Positions 49,301 through 59,533 of a stretch of 64,000 nucleotides of DNA are shown in pieces (the stretch's first letter is position 1; each line of letters opens with the position of its first letter). The stretch is from Hydrurus foetidus. Taxonomy: Eukaryota. Under the pieces are notes generated by a model, which was not told where the DNA came from, did no database searches, and worked only from the letters and a program-made list of their open reading frames with translations. Both the position numbers and the translations under genes were made by a program. The stretch spans positions 4,402,001 to 4,466,000 of the forward strand of contig UYFQ01000001.1 in the NCBI GenBank assembly GCA_900617105.1, read 5' to 3'.

Positions 49301-49606
49301 TTGCTCGGCGTAATTGCGCTGATGGGCATGATTCAACGTAATTCGGTTATCTTGATTGACCAGATCGAGCATGAGCGCGCCAGGGGCGTGGCCGCGTGGG
49401 ACGCGATTGTTGAATCTGCAGTGCGCCGTGCCCGGCCAATTGTGTTGACTGCTGCCGCTGCGGTGCTGGCCATGATCCCGCTTTCGCGCAGCGTGTTTTG
49501 GGGCCCGATGGCCGTCGCCATCATGGGCGGGCTGATTGTGGCTACCGCGCTTACTTTGCTCGCACTACCGGCGATGTACGCAGCATGGTTTCGCGTAAAG
49601 CGCTGA
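46388..49606 (+). CDS. RND efflux permease (AcrB/MexK-like)
   Basis: 1072 aa, GLLVDDAII, RARPIVLT. Confidence 0.95.
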   Translation: MTPNPDPSGVGPSKFNVSKWALDHPALTRYLMLVLMLLGFAAYFQLGQDEDPPFTFRAMVVRTYWPGATAQQVAEQVTDKIERTLQEVPYADKIRSYSKPGESQIIFQVKDVIKGADVSNTWYTVRKKIGDMRATLPAGVQGPFFNDEFGDVYGVIYALESDGFNYAELKTFADDVRQQLLRVPDVSKVELFGAQDEKIFIEISQKRLAQLGVDFNQVLSQLAQQNAVESSGALQTPLDVVQVRVAGQFLAIEELRAMPIRGAGYGAGTSAAGSQLRLGDIAEIKRGYVDPPSIKVRHQGKEVIAIGVSMIKGGDIIKLGKSLKTLTAQVGRSLPAGVKMVQIQDQPTAVATSVNEFVSVLIEAVVIVLAVSFIALGFHKRSTLAGQRLPLYKRYYIDIRPGLVVGITIPLVLGVTFLAMLYFGIGLHKISLGSLIIALGLLVDDAIIAVEMMVRKMEEGYDKVRAATFAYDVTAMPMLTGTLITAAGFLPIGLAKSVTGEYTYAIFAVTVIALVLSWIVSVYFVPYLGTLLLKKPDHVVEKARDDISEHSAGGEGHEMFNSPFYNVFRKAVNWCVQYRWVTIGATVLIFALGIVGMGKVQQQFFPDSSRPEIMLDIWFPEGTSFAANEATAKRVEARLLKEEGVTSVSTWVGSGVPRFYLPLDQVFPQTNVSQFIVLPQDLKVRESLRIKLPALMAQEFPEVRGRVKLLPNGPPVPYPVQFRVVGSDPLVLRERADEVKAIFRESANTRGVNDNWNESVKVLRLEVDQSKARALGVTSQSIAQASRTILSGSNVGQFREGDKLIDIVLRQPLDERNAITDIANAYLPTASGKSIPLTQIAKPVFAWEPGVMWREGRNYAITVQSDIIEGLQGATVSNELSPKLKALEEKWKTQGFGGYRVEVAGAVEESSKGSASIVAGVPIMLFLTFTLLMLQLQSFSRAMLVFLTGPLGIAGVAGALLLLGRPFGFVALLGVIALMGMIQRNSVILIDQIEHERARGVAAWDAIVESAVRRARPIVLTAAAAVLAMIPLSRSVFWGPMAVAIMGGLIVATALTLLALPAMYAAWFRVKR

Positions 49607-49697
49607 GCAAGCAAGTGATTGCATTCTTTACAGGCTAAAATCAAAAGTTGACCTAATTCAGGGCGGCGCACTCAATGCACCGCCCGTTTTGTATTTA

Positions 49698-49784
49698 GCG
49701 CGGGTGGCGAAATTGGTAGACGCACCAGGTTTAGGTCCTGACGGTAGCAATACTGTGCGGGTTCGAGTCCCGCCCCGCGCACCA
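49698..49784 (+). tRNA. tRNA-Leu(TAG)
   Basis: GCGCGGG/CCCGCGC acceptor stem, TTTAGGT loop, long variable arm, GTTCGAG, CCA end. Confidence 0.95.
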
Positions 49785-49825
49785 TCTTGATATTTGTGTG
49801 ACATTTGGATTTTAGAAAGAGCATC

Positions 49826-51136
49826 ATGGCCGTGATCGTCGAAACCCTTGAAAAATTGGAACGCAAAATTACGCTGAGCCTGCCCGTCGGCATCATTCAG
49901 ACTGAGGTCAATACGCGCCTCAAAAAACTGGCTCGTACTGTCAAGATGGACGGCTTTCGCCCAGGTAAGGTGCCTATGAATGTGGTTAGCCAGCGCTACG
50001 GTTATTCAGTGCATTACGAAGTCATGAATGACAAAGTCGGCGAGGCATTTTCAGTTGCTGCCAATGAGGCCAAGTTGCGGGTTGCTGGCCAACCAAAAAT
50101 CAGCGAAAAAGACGGCGCCCCTGAGGGTGAAATGACTTTTGACGCGATTTTCGAAGTTTTCCCCGAAGTCAAGATTGCTGATCTGTCCACTGCAGACATC
50201 GAAAAAGTCAGTGCCGAAGTCAGCGATGCCGCGATTGACAAAACGCTTGATATTTTGCGCAAACAGCGCCGCACCTTCTCGCAGCGCGCCATGGACGCAG
50301 CAGCGCAAGACAGCGACCGCGCCACGATTGACTTTGAAGGCAAGATTGATGGTGAAACATTTGCAGGCGGCAAGGCTGAAGACTTTCAGTTTTTGATCGG
50401 CGACGGTCAAATGCTTAAGGAATTTGAAGAAGCCGTGCGCGGCATGAAAACTGGCGAAAGCAAAACTTTTCCGTTGAACTTTCCTGCCGATTACCACGGC
50501 AAAGACGTTGCCGGTAAACAAGCAGACTTCATGGTGACGGTTAAAAAACTAGAGGCTGCCCATTTGCCCGAAGTCAACGAAGCACTTGCCAAGTCGCTGG
50601 GTATCGCCGATGCGTCGGTAGAAGGCCTACGCAGCGACATCAAGAAAAATCTCGAGCGCGAAGTCAAATTTCGTTTGTTGGCCCGCAATAAAAACGCTGT
50701 GATGGATGCGTTGGTGGGCAAAGCCGAACTTGACCTGCCGAACGCCAGCGTGCAGTCTGAGCTTGACCGCATGGTTGAGTCGGCCAGGGCAGACCTGAAG
50801 CAGCGCGGCGTTAAAGACGCAGACAAGGCGCCGATTCCAGACGACATCTTTCGCCCGCAGGCTGAAAAGCGGGTGCGTCTGGGCTTGGTAGTGGCTGAGC
50901 TGGTTCGCAGCAACAGCTTGCAGGCCAAGCCCGAGCAACTCAAGGCGCATATTGAAGAGCTGGCAGCCAGCTACGAAAAGCCGCAAGACGTGGTTCGCTG
51001 GTACCTGAGCGATAACCGCAGAATGCAAGAAGTCGAAGCCGTGGTGATTGAAAACAACGTGACTGACTTTGTCATGTCTAAAGCCAAAGTAACCGAGAAA
51101 TCGATGTCATTTGACGACCTGATGGCGCAAAACTGA
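49826..51136 (+). CDS. tig: trigger factor
   Basis: GFRPGKVP and an FKBP domain. Confidence 0.97.
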   Translation: MAVIVETLEKLERKITLSLPVGIIQTEVNTRLKKLARTVKMDGFRPGKVPMNVVSQRYGYSVHYEVMNDKVGEAFSVAANEAKLRVAGQPKISEKDGAPEGEMTFDAIFEVFPEVKIADLSTADIEKVSAEVSDAAIDKTLDILRKQRRTFSQRAMDAAAQDSDRATIDFEGKIDGETFAGGKAEDFQFLIGDGQMLKEFEEAVRGMKTGESKTFPLNFPADYHGKDVAGKQADFMVTVKKLEAAHLPEVNEALAKSLGIADASVEGLRSDIKKNLEREVKFRLLARNKNAVMDALVGKAELDLPNASVQSELDRMVESARADLKQRGVKDADKAPIPDDIFRPQAEKRVRLGLVVAELVRSNSLQAKPEQLKAHIEELAASYEKPQDVVRWYLSDNRRMQEVEAVVIENNVTDFVMSKAKVTEKSMSFDDLMAQN

Positions 51137-51156
51137 AGCGTTTAGATTTTTAAATC

Positions 51157-51206
51157 AATGGGGCTGGTGTGTGGATTGAACTCCGGCGCACCGGCCCCAT
51201 TTGTTT
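51157..51206 (+). terminator. hairpin after tig
   Basis: AATGGGGCTGGTGTG...CGCACCGGCCCCATTTGTTTT. Confidence 0.6.
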
Positions 51207-51265
51207 TGGGTAAAGTAGTAATCACCAAGCTTTAGCAGCAGCAATTTAACTTTTGGAGTCATAGC

Positions 51266-51913
51266 ATGTACAAAAACCAATCTGACAGTACTCCGTTCAG
51301 TGCTTCCGATTCACTGCAAACCGAGGCGCTGGGTCTTGTGCCCATGGTCATTGAGCAGTCAGGCCGTGGCGAGCGGTCGTACGACATCTATTCGCGCCTT
51401 CTCAAAGAGCGCGTCATTTTTCTGGTGGGCCCAGTGGAAGACTACATGGCCAACCTGGTGGTGGCGCAGTTACTGTTTCTGGAAAGTGAAAATCCCGATA
51501 AAGACATTTCGCTCTACATCAACTCGCCTGGCGGTTCGGTCAGCGCCGGCCTCGCCATTTTCGACACGATGAATTTCATCAAGCCTGACGTCTCGACGTT
51601 GTGTACAGGCATGGCGGCCAGCATGGGTTCATTTTTGTTGGCGGCTGGTGCAAAGGGCAAGCGATTTGCATTGCCAAACTCCAGCGTCATGATTCACCAG
51701 CCGTCTGGCGGCGCGCGCGGTATGGCCAGTGACATTGAAATTTCAGCTCGCGAAATCTTGAAAACGCGCGAACAGCTTAATAAAATCTTATCTGAGCGCA
51801 CCGGCCAGCCGCTGGAAAAGATTGCACGCGATATGGAACGCGATTACTGGTTATCCGCTAGCGAGTCGAAAGACTATGGCTTGGTTGATCAGGTGATATC
51901 CAAGCGCCCGTAA
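51266..51913 (+). CDS. clpP: Clp protease proteolytic subunit
   Basis: [24 protein letters not shown]. Confidence 0.98.
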   Translation: MYKNQSDSTPFSASDSLQTEALGLVPMVIEQSGRGERSYDIYSRLLKERVIFLVGPVEDYMANLVVAQLLFLESENPDKDISLYINSPGGSVSAGLAIFDTMNFIKPDVSTLCTGMAASMGSFLLAAGAKGKRFALPNSSVMIHQPSGGARGMASDIEISAREILKTREQLNKILSERTGQPLEKIARDMERDYWLSASESKDYGLVDQVISKRP

Positions 51914-52021
51914 TCGCTGGGCGGATCCAAATGAAGCGGCGCTTTGTGTAGCAGCAAGCGCCGTTTTTATTTGGTTATCATTGGTAAAAATTGTGCAGGC
52001 ATTCGAAAAGGCAGCTCCATA

Positions 52022-53287
52022 ATGGCCGACAAAAAAGGCTCTTCTACCGAAAAAACTTTGTACTGCTCTTTTTGCGGAAAGAGTCAGCACGAAGTCAAAA
52101 AATTGATCGCCGGCCCGTCCGTCTTCGTTTGTGACGAGTGCATCGAGCTTTGCAACGAAATCATTCGCGACGAGCTCCCCGCAGGTGAAGACGATCGCGA
52201 AACGCGCGGCGATCTGCCCACGCCTCAAGAAATCAAAAACACCCTTGATGGCTATGTGATTGGCCAAGAGCCCGCCAAACGCACGTTAGCGGTGGCGGTC
52301 TACAACCACTACAAGCGGCTGCGGCACAAAGAAAAAGCCAAGAAGGACGATGTCGAGCTAACAAAGAGCAATATTTTGCTAATCGGCCCTACCGGCTCAG
52401 GCAAAACACTGTTGGCGCAAACCTTGGCGCGCACGCTGAACGTGCCTTTCGTCATGGCCGACGCGACCACACTGACCGAGGCAGGTTATGTGGGCGAGGA
52501 CGTTGAAAACATTATTCAAAAGCTGCTGCAAAGCTGCAACTACGAAGTTGAACGCGCGCAACAAGGCATCGTTTATATCGACGAGATTGACAAAATTTCC
52601 CGCAAGTCTGATAACCCGTCCATCACGCGTGACGTGTCGGGCGAGGGCGTGCAGCAGGCCTTGCTCAAGCTGATTGAAGGCACGATGGCGTCGGTGCCGC
52701 CGCAAGGCGGGCGCAAGCATCCGAATCAAGACTTTTTGCAGGTCGACACCACCAACATTTTGTTTATTTGCGGCGGTGCTTTTTCAGGCCTTGAAAAGGT
52801 CATTGAAAACCGCACTGAGTCGTCTGGCATCGGCTTTGGCGCCGCGGTGAAAAGTAAAAAAGCCCGTAGCCTGACTGAGTCGTTCAAAGACGTCGAGCCC
52901 GAAGACTTGATCAAGTTTGGCTTGATTCCCGAGCTGGTGGGCCGCATGCCGGTAGTGGCCACGCTAGCAGAGCTCAGTGAAGACGCTTTGGTGCAAATTT
53001 TGACCGAGCCCAAAAACGCAGTTGTCAAGCAGTTCAGCAAACTGCTCGCCATGGAAGGCGTTGATCTGGAAATCCGGCCATCAGCACTGAAAGCCATCGC
53101 CCGCAAAGCACTGGCGCGCAAGACGGGCGCTCGTGGATTGCGGTCTATTCTTGAGCAATCGTTGATCGACACCATGTTTGATTTGCCAACGGCGACCAAC
53201 GTAGACAAGGTCGTCGTAGACGAATCAACGATTGACGAAAACAAAGCGCCGCTGCTGGTTTACCGCGAATCCGCAAAAAAGGCGTAG
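52022..53287 (+). CDS. clpX: Clp protease ATPase subunit
   Basis: CSFCGK Zn finger, [11 protein letters not shown] loop. Confidence 0.98.
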   Translation: MADKKGSSTEKTLYCSFCGKSQHEVKKLIAGPSVFVCDECIELCNEIIRDELPAGEDDRETRGDLPTPQEIKNTLDGYVIGQEPAKRTLAVAVYNHYKRLRHKEKAKKDDVELTKSNILLIGPTGSGKTLLAQTLARTLNVPFVMADATTLTEAGYVGEDVENIIQKLLQSCNYEVERAQQGIVYIDEIDKISRKSDNPSITRDVSGEGVQQALLKLIEGTMASVPPQGGRKHPNQDFLQVDTTNILFICGGAFSGLEKVIENRTESSGIGFGAAVKSKKARSLTESFKDVEPEDLIKFGLIPELVGRMPVVATLAELSEDALVQILTEPKNAVVKQFSKLLAMEGVDLEIRPSALKAIARKALARKTGARGLRSILEQSLIDTMFDLPTATNVDKVVVDESTIDENKAPLLVYRESAKKA

Positions 53288-53402
53288 TCCGGCTCTGGTG
53301 AGCTTGAATTTCGGGGTCGAGGCCCTAATTATTTCAAACAGTCGTCTTGAAGTCGGCTGTAAGCGTTACAGAGCTTGAATTCTTAGTTTAAATAAGGCAC
53401 CT

Positions 53403-55850
53403 ATGTCCGGCCACACTCCCATGCCTGCTACGCCCATCGATTTGCCTTTGCTGCCGCTGCGCGACGTAGTCGTATTCCCGCACATGGTTATTCCGTTATT
53501 TGTGGGTCGCCCCAAGAGCATCAAGGCGCTGGAGTCTGCGATGGAGTCTGAACGCCGCATCATGCTGGTGGCTCAAAAAGCCGCTGCTAAAGACGAGCCG
53601 TCGGTTCAGGACATGTTTGAAGTCGGTTGCGTTGCCACTATTTTGCAGTTGCTCAAGTTGCCAGACGGTACCGTTAAGGTGCTGGTAGAAGGGCAGCAGC
53701 GCGCCAAGGTCAACAGTATTGTTGACGGTGAGCTGCATTTCACCGCTAACGTTACGCCAGTCGAGGCGCCTGCCATCGCTAACGATAACTCGAGCGAGAT
53801 TGAGGCATTGCGCCGCGCGGTCATGCAGCAGTTTGACCATTACGTCAAACTCAACAAAAAAATTCCGCCTGAGATTTTGACGTCCATTTCCAGCATTGAC
53901 GATGCGGGGCGACTTGCGGACACGATTGCCGCGCACTTGCCCCTCAAGCTCGACGCCAAGCAGGTCATTCTTGACTTGTCGCCCGTCAAAGAGCGGCTCG
54001 AAAACTTGTACGAGCAGCTCGAGCGCGAAGTGGACATTTTGAATGTCGATAAAAAAATCCGTGGCCGTGTCAAACGGCAGATGGAAAAAAATCAGCGCGA
54101 CTTTTACTTGAATGAGCAAGTCAAGGCCATTCAAAAAGAGTTGGGTGAGGGCGAAGACGGCGCTGATGTAGACGAGATCGAGAAAAAGATCAAAGCCGCC
54201 AAAATGCCAAAAGAGGCACGCAAAAAAGTTGACGCAGAATTTAAAAAGCTCAAGCTGATGTCACCGATGTCTGCCGAAGCCACTGTGGTGCGCAACTATA
54301 TTGATGTGCTGACTGCTTTGCCCTGGAGCAAAAAAACCAAAATTAAATACGACCTCATCAACGCCGAAAACGTATTGAACGAAGACCATTACGGGCTTGA
54401 AAAGGTCAAAGACCGCATCGTTGAATACCTTGCAGTGCAGCAGCGCGTTGACAAGCTGAAGGCGCCGATCTTGTGCCTGGTTGGCCCACCCGGTGTCGGC
54501 AAAACTTCGCTTGGCCAATCGATTGCCAAAGCAACTGGCCGCAAGTACGTGCGCATGGCTCTTGGCGGCATGCGCGATGAAGCTGAGATTCGTGGGCACC
54601 GCCGCACTTACATTGGCGCGCTGCCCGGCAAGGTTTTGCAAAGCCTGTCAAAAGCTGGCACCCGTAACCCGCTGTTCTTGCTCGATGAAATTGACAAGCT
54701 GGGTACCGATTTCAGGGGCGACCCATCAAGTGCGTTGCTGGAGGTACTTGACCCTGAGCAAAACCACACTTTTGGTGACCACTACGTCGAGGTTGATTTT
54801 GACTTGAGCGACGTGATGTTTGTCGCCACATCAAACTCGATGAATATTCCACCGGCGCTGCTTGACCGCATGGAAGTCATTCGCCTGTCGGGCTACACCG
54901 AAGACGAAAAAACCAGCATCGCCATGCGCTACCTGCTGCCTAAGCAAGTCAAAAACAACGGCGTTAAAGCTGAAGAGCTTGAAGTGCAAGAGCAAGCCGT
55001 GCGCGACATCGTGCGCTACTACACGCGTGAAGCCGGTGTTCGATCTCTTGAGCGAGAGCTGTCGAAAATTTGCCGGAAAGTTATTAAAGGTATTCAGCTC
55101 AAAAAAATGACGCCCAAAGTGGTGGTCACGCCAGACAACCTGAATGAATTTCTAGGTGTACGCAAGTTTGACTATGGCCGTGCTGAGCAGAAAAATCAAA
55201 TTGGTCAAGTTGTTGGCTTGGCGTGGACGGAAGTGGGCGGCGACTTGCTCACGATTGAGGCCGCCATCATGCCCGGCAAAGGCGTTATTACGCGTACGGG
55301 CTCGTTGGGCGACGTGATGAAAGAGTCGGTTGAAGCTGCCCGCACGGTGGTGCGCAGTCGCTCAGCCATGCTCGGCATTAAAGACGAGCTTTTTGAAAAG
55401 CGCGACATCCACATTCACGTGCCAGACGGCGCTACGCCTAAAGACGGGCCGAGCGCAGGCGCCGCCATGGCGACCGCCTTTGTGTCGGCGCTGACCGGCA
55501 TACCAGTGCGCGGCGATGTTGCCATGACGGGCGAGATCACTTTGCGCGGCGAAATTACTGGCATCGGCGGGCTGAAGGAAAAGCTGCTGGCGGCACTGCG
55601 CGGCGGTATCAAGACGGTGCTGATTTCTGAAGAAAATGCAAAAGATTTGCAAGAGATTCCCGACAATGTAAAAAACGGTCTTGAGATTGTTCCAGTCAAG
55701 TGGATCGACCAAGTATTGAAGGTGGCTTTAGAGCGCATGCCAGTCGCCTTTACAGACCAGGAGATAGCCGCCTTCACGGCTGCCAGCGCCCCAGTATCTG
55801 CCCCCATCGTGGTGCTGCCGCCAGTGGCAACACCTGCGATCAAGCATTAA
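53403..55850 (+). CDS. lon: Lon protease
   Basis: GPPGVGKTS, PKDGPSAG. Confidence 0.98.
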   Translation: MSGHTPMPATPIDLPLLPLRDVVVFPHMVIPLFVGRPKSIKALESAMESERRIMLVAQKAAAKDEPSVQDMFEVGCVATILQLLKLPDGTVKVLVEGQQRAKVNSIVDGELHFTANVTPVEAPAIANDNSSEIEALRRAVMQQFDHYVKLNKKIPPEILTSISSIDDAGRLADTIAAHLPLKLDAKQVILDLSPVKERLENLYEQLEREVDILNVDKKIRGRVKRQMEKNQRDFYLNEQVKAIQKELGEGEDGADVDEIEKKIKAAKMPKEARKKVDAEFKKLKLMSPMSAEATVVRNYIDVLTALPWSKKTKIKYDLINAENVLNEDHYGLEKVKDRIVEYLAVQQRVDKLKAPILCLVGPPGVGKTSLGQSIAKATGRKYVRMALGGMRDEAEIRGHRRTYIGALPGKVLQSLSKAGTRNPLFLLDEIDKLGTDFRGDPSSALLEVLDPEQNHTFGDHYVEVDFDLSDVMFVATSNSMNIPPALLDRMEVIRLSGYTEDEKTSIAMRYLLPKQVKNNGVKAEELEVQEQAVRDIVRYYTREAGVRSLERELSKICRKVIKGIQLKKMTPKVVVTPDNLNEFLGVRKFDYGRAEQKNQIGQVVGLAWTEVGGDLLTIEAAIMPGKGVITRTGSLGDVMKESVEAARTVVRSRSAMLGIKDELFEKRDIHIHVPDGATPKDGPSAGAAMATAFVSALTGIPVRGDVAMTGEITLRGEITGIGGLKEKLLAALRGGIKTVLISEENAKDLQEIPDNVKNGLEIVPVKWIDQVLKVALERMPVAFTDQEIAAFTAASAPVSAPIVVLPPVATPAIKH

Positions 55851-55924
55851 CGCTTTGTCAGGGCTTGTTTTTGGTAGCGGCACAGACAAGGTTTAAAAAT
55901 AAGCTATAATTTGAGGCTTGCATC

Positions 55925-56000
55925 GCGGGAGTAGCTCAGTTGGTAGAGCGCAACCTTGCCAAGGTTGAGGTCGAGAGTTCGAGACTCTTCTCCCGCTCCA
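55925..56000 (+). tRNA. tRNA-Gly(GCC)
   Basis: 76-nt cloverleaf, TTGCCAA loop, CCA end. Confidence 0.97.
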
Positions 56001-56070
56001 ATTCAAAGGGCAGCACGTAAAAATGCTGTCCTTTTTTATTGGATAAATGCATTGAAGTTTGCTGAGACAG

Positions 56071-56144
56071 GGCGCGGTAACAAAGCGGTTATGTACCGGA
56101 TTGCAAATCCGGCTAGCCCGGTTCGACTCCGGGCCGCGCCTCCA
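56071..56144 (+). tRNA. tRNA-Cys(GCA)
   Basis: 74-nt cloverleaf, TTGCAAA loop, TCCA end. Confidence 0.97.
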
Positions 56145-56214
56145 GGTTTTGTCGGATAAGAAATATGTTTTCAGCCCCCGCAGCGGGGCTGTTTTGTTTG
56201 ACAATGTAGAAGCT

Positions 56215-56307
56215 GCCCGAGTGGTGAAATCGGTAGACACAGCGGACTTAAAATCCGCCGCTTCGTTCATAGCGGGCGTACCGGTTCGATTCCGGTCTCG
56301 GGCACCA
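56215..56307 (+). tRNA. tRNA-Leu(TAA)
   Basis: CTTAAAA loop, long variable arm, CCA end. Confidence 0.96.
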
Positions 56308-56512
56308 AGCGTCAGTAGTTTTAGAAGCGGTTTTAGGCTGAACCGGTACGCCGTTGGCGATGTTGACCAAGCGCATGGATGCGCGGGTTCGATTCCGGTC
56401 TCGGGCACCAAGCGTTAACAGGTTTAAGAGCGTTTTTGAGCTGAACCGGTACGCCGTTTGCAGTTTCTACCAAGCGCATACTCAAATCGGATCGAGGCCC
56501 CCCGGCGCCAAG
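56283..56512 (+). repeat. 103-bp-period tandem repeat containing the tRNA-Leu 3' end
   Basis: GGTTCGATTCCGGTCTCGGGCACCAAGCGT at 56283 and 56386, with a degenerate copy at 56489. Confidence 0.9.
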
Positions 56513-56525
56513 TTAAGATAGTTTT

Positions 56526-57164
56526 ATGCAAAGCAACATCACTCCCTTTGAAATCCATGTCCACGGCGAAGTGCCGCTTCGTGAGGACGTGACTTTTGAG
56601 CAAATTCAAGAGGCACTCAAGCCGCTTTGGAAGTATTCGGGTGCCAAGTCTCTCGCAGCGGCTGCGCAAAGCGCCTATGAGGAAGAGCCCGGCATTCGTT
56701 TCGATTCCCAAAAACACCTGTTGCAGCTTTGCTGGACAGTGCCGGGCGACGAAGACTTTCGCCAGGCGCTCGATGAAATGTGCATGGGCCTGAACGACCT
56801 GGCCGAAGCGGGTGCCCCTATTGAAGTCACGTTTTATGACGCTGACTTTGATGATGAAGACGAAGATGGCGACGAGGAAGAAGAGGCCAGAGACGACTTT
56901 GCCATGTACTTCGTTGGCCCCACGCCAGCGGCCATCATGCAGGTGCAGCGCGATCTGCTGGTGCAAGACGCCATAGGCCTGTTAGAGCGGCACTTTGATG
57001 GCTCGGAGCTGGGAGAAGTCGTCGACGCCATTGACCGCCTGTTCGAGCGCCGCTTTGATGCGCTGGTCAGCTCCATGCAGCTAGGCAAGCCGCCACGTGG
57101 CTCAGGCGGTTCGTCTGGCGGTTCGGGCCACGGCGGCGGCCGCAAGCCTAGGCACCTGCACTAA
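56526..57164 (+). CDS. hypothetical acidic protein
   Basis: 212-aa ORF with host-like codon usage, a D/E tract and a Gly/Ser tail. Confidence 0.8.
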   Translation: MQSNITPFEIHVHGEVPLREDVTFEQIQEALKPLWKYSGAKSLAAAAQSAYEEEPGIRFDSQKHLLQLCWTVPGDEDFRQALDEMCMGLNDLAEAGAPIEVTFYDADFDDEDEDGDEEEEARDDFAMYFVGPTPAAIMQVQRDLLVQDAIGLLERHFDGSELGEVVDAIDRLFERRFDALVSSMQLGKPPRGSGGSSGGSGHGGGRKPRHLH

Positions 57165-57200
57165 GAGCAGCGTTTCGCACTTCGTGTGCGCATTCGCAGA

Positions 57201-57270
57201 CGCTATATTTTTTGTAGCTGTTCGCGCCGGTATTTGTTCGGCTACAGCCAAAAAATGTACTGAAAAGCAG
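57201..57270 (-). repeat. REP-like element copy 11 (inverted)
   Basis: Reverse complement GGCTGTAGCCGAACAAATACCGGCGCGAACAGCTACAAAAAATATAGC. Confidence 0.82.
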
Positions 57271-57870
57271 CTTAAGTTGCACTGCAGGTGGCACACTTAG
57301 GTCGGTCGTTATACGAGTTACGGTAAACGCAGCGTGACTTCTTACAGACGGCTAATGGGAAACCCCTAACTTCAATTGCTTCAACCAGTGCCGTGCCATT
57401 GACTAGGCTGCTTTGCACGTTCTTTTTGGACATAAAGACGCTGAATTATTGCCATTAAAAGCGATTGGCTTGCTTCGTCACGCCCCACTTGCCCGGTCGC
57501 TAGCCGTATTTCAGGCCGTGGCTTGTTAAGTCTCACTTTTTCGATAGCGCTGATGTTTGCTGTCGCGGGCTGCGATAAAAGCGCGCCGGCCTGCTCATCT
57601 GGCGCCGGGCCCCCGCCTCCGACAATTTATAAAGTTGACTTCTAGGCACTCCAAAGGACGTCCAAAAGAAACAACCCTGAACTGCTTGCAATTTGTCGCT
57701 GCCCGCTTGTAAATTGAACAATGTTGTTCAAACATGCGGGGCCACCTCCTACGCCGCAGAGCATCGCCGTTGCAGTAAGGTGGTCGATTGTTTTAGCAAG
57801 GATCTATCTATGTGTAGTGGTCTAATAAAAACAGACAGCTCAATAGGTTGTTAAAACCGAAATGGCATAA

Positions 57871-59069
<1,199 letters not shown>

Positions 59070-59077
59070 CCAATACA

Positions 59078-59533
59078 ATGAAAGCACCGTACCCCTCATC
59101 AATTACAGCAGGTGAACTGATGAACGTACATCTTCAGCTTATCGGCACTGATATTGCAGCTTGGCTTGAGCTCCTATCAGAATCCGCGATCATCGAATTT
59201 CCCTACGCCCCGTCACTGGGATACCCCACACGCATCGAAGGCGTAGCTGCAATCACTAAGCTCATGAATGCAACTGCCTCAAAATTTGATCCCTTCAGCT
59301 TTACAGACATTTCAATCAATCAGTGTGAACATCAGGGCGAGGCGTGGGCCAGCTTTCACGGCGAGGCGTTCGTGCCAGAAACCCAAAAAATTTACATCCA
59401 GGATTACGCAGCGTTCATGCGCGTAGCTGGCGGCAAGATCGTTCATTACCGCGAATACTGGAATCCCTGCAATTTTGCTGATGCCTTGAATCTCCCACTG
59501 AAACTGGCAAGCTCCGGCCGGGTGGAAAAGTGA
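59078..59533 (+). CDS. SnoaL/NTF2-like protein
   Basis: IEFPYAP..G..GKIVHYREYWNP. Confidence 0.85.
   Translation: MKAPYPSSITAGELMNVHLQLIGTDIAAWLELLSESAIIEFPYAPSLGYPTRIEGVAAITKLMNATASKFDPFSFTDISINQCEHQGEAWASFHGEAFVPETQKIYIQDYAAFMRVAGGKIVHYREYWNPCNFADALNLPLKLASSGRVEK

Noticed and set aside
10019..55843. Many long antisense or alternate-frame ORFs over ntrC, lon, clpX, tctA and the RND genes
   Set aside because: Expected shadows of GC-rich coding sequence, with no motifs or RBS support.
55893..56418. ORFs of 172, 67 and 119 aa over the tRNA cluster, and the 74-aa ORF at 49672-49896
   Set aside because: Shadow frames of tRNA genes.
56283..56512. CRISPR array
   Set aside because: Only two good copies, the repeat is a tRNA 3' end, the intervening sequences are homologous to each other, and there are no cas genes in the window.
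57300..57800. Possible gene or sRNA upstream of the IS
   Set aside because: Only a 62-aa ORF with no recognisable motif and no convincing structure. Probably regulatory or decayed DNA.
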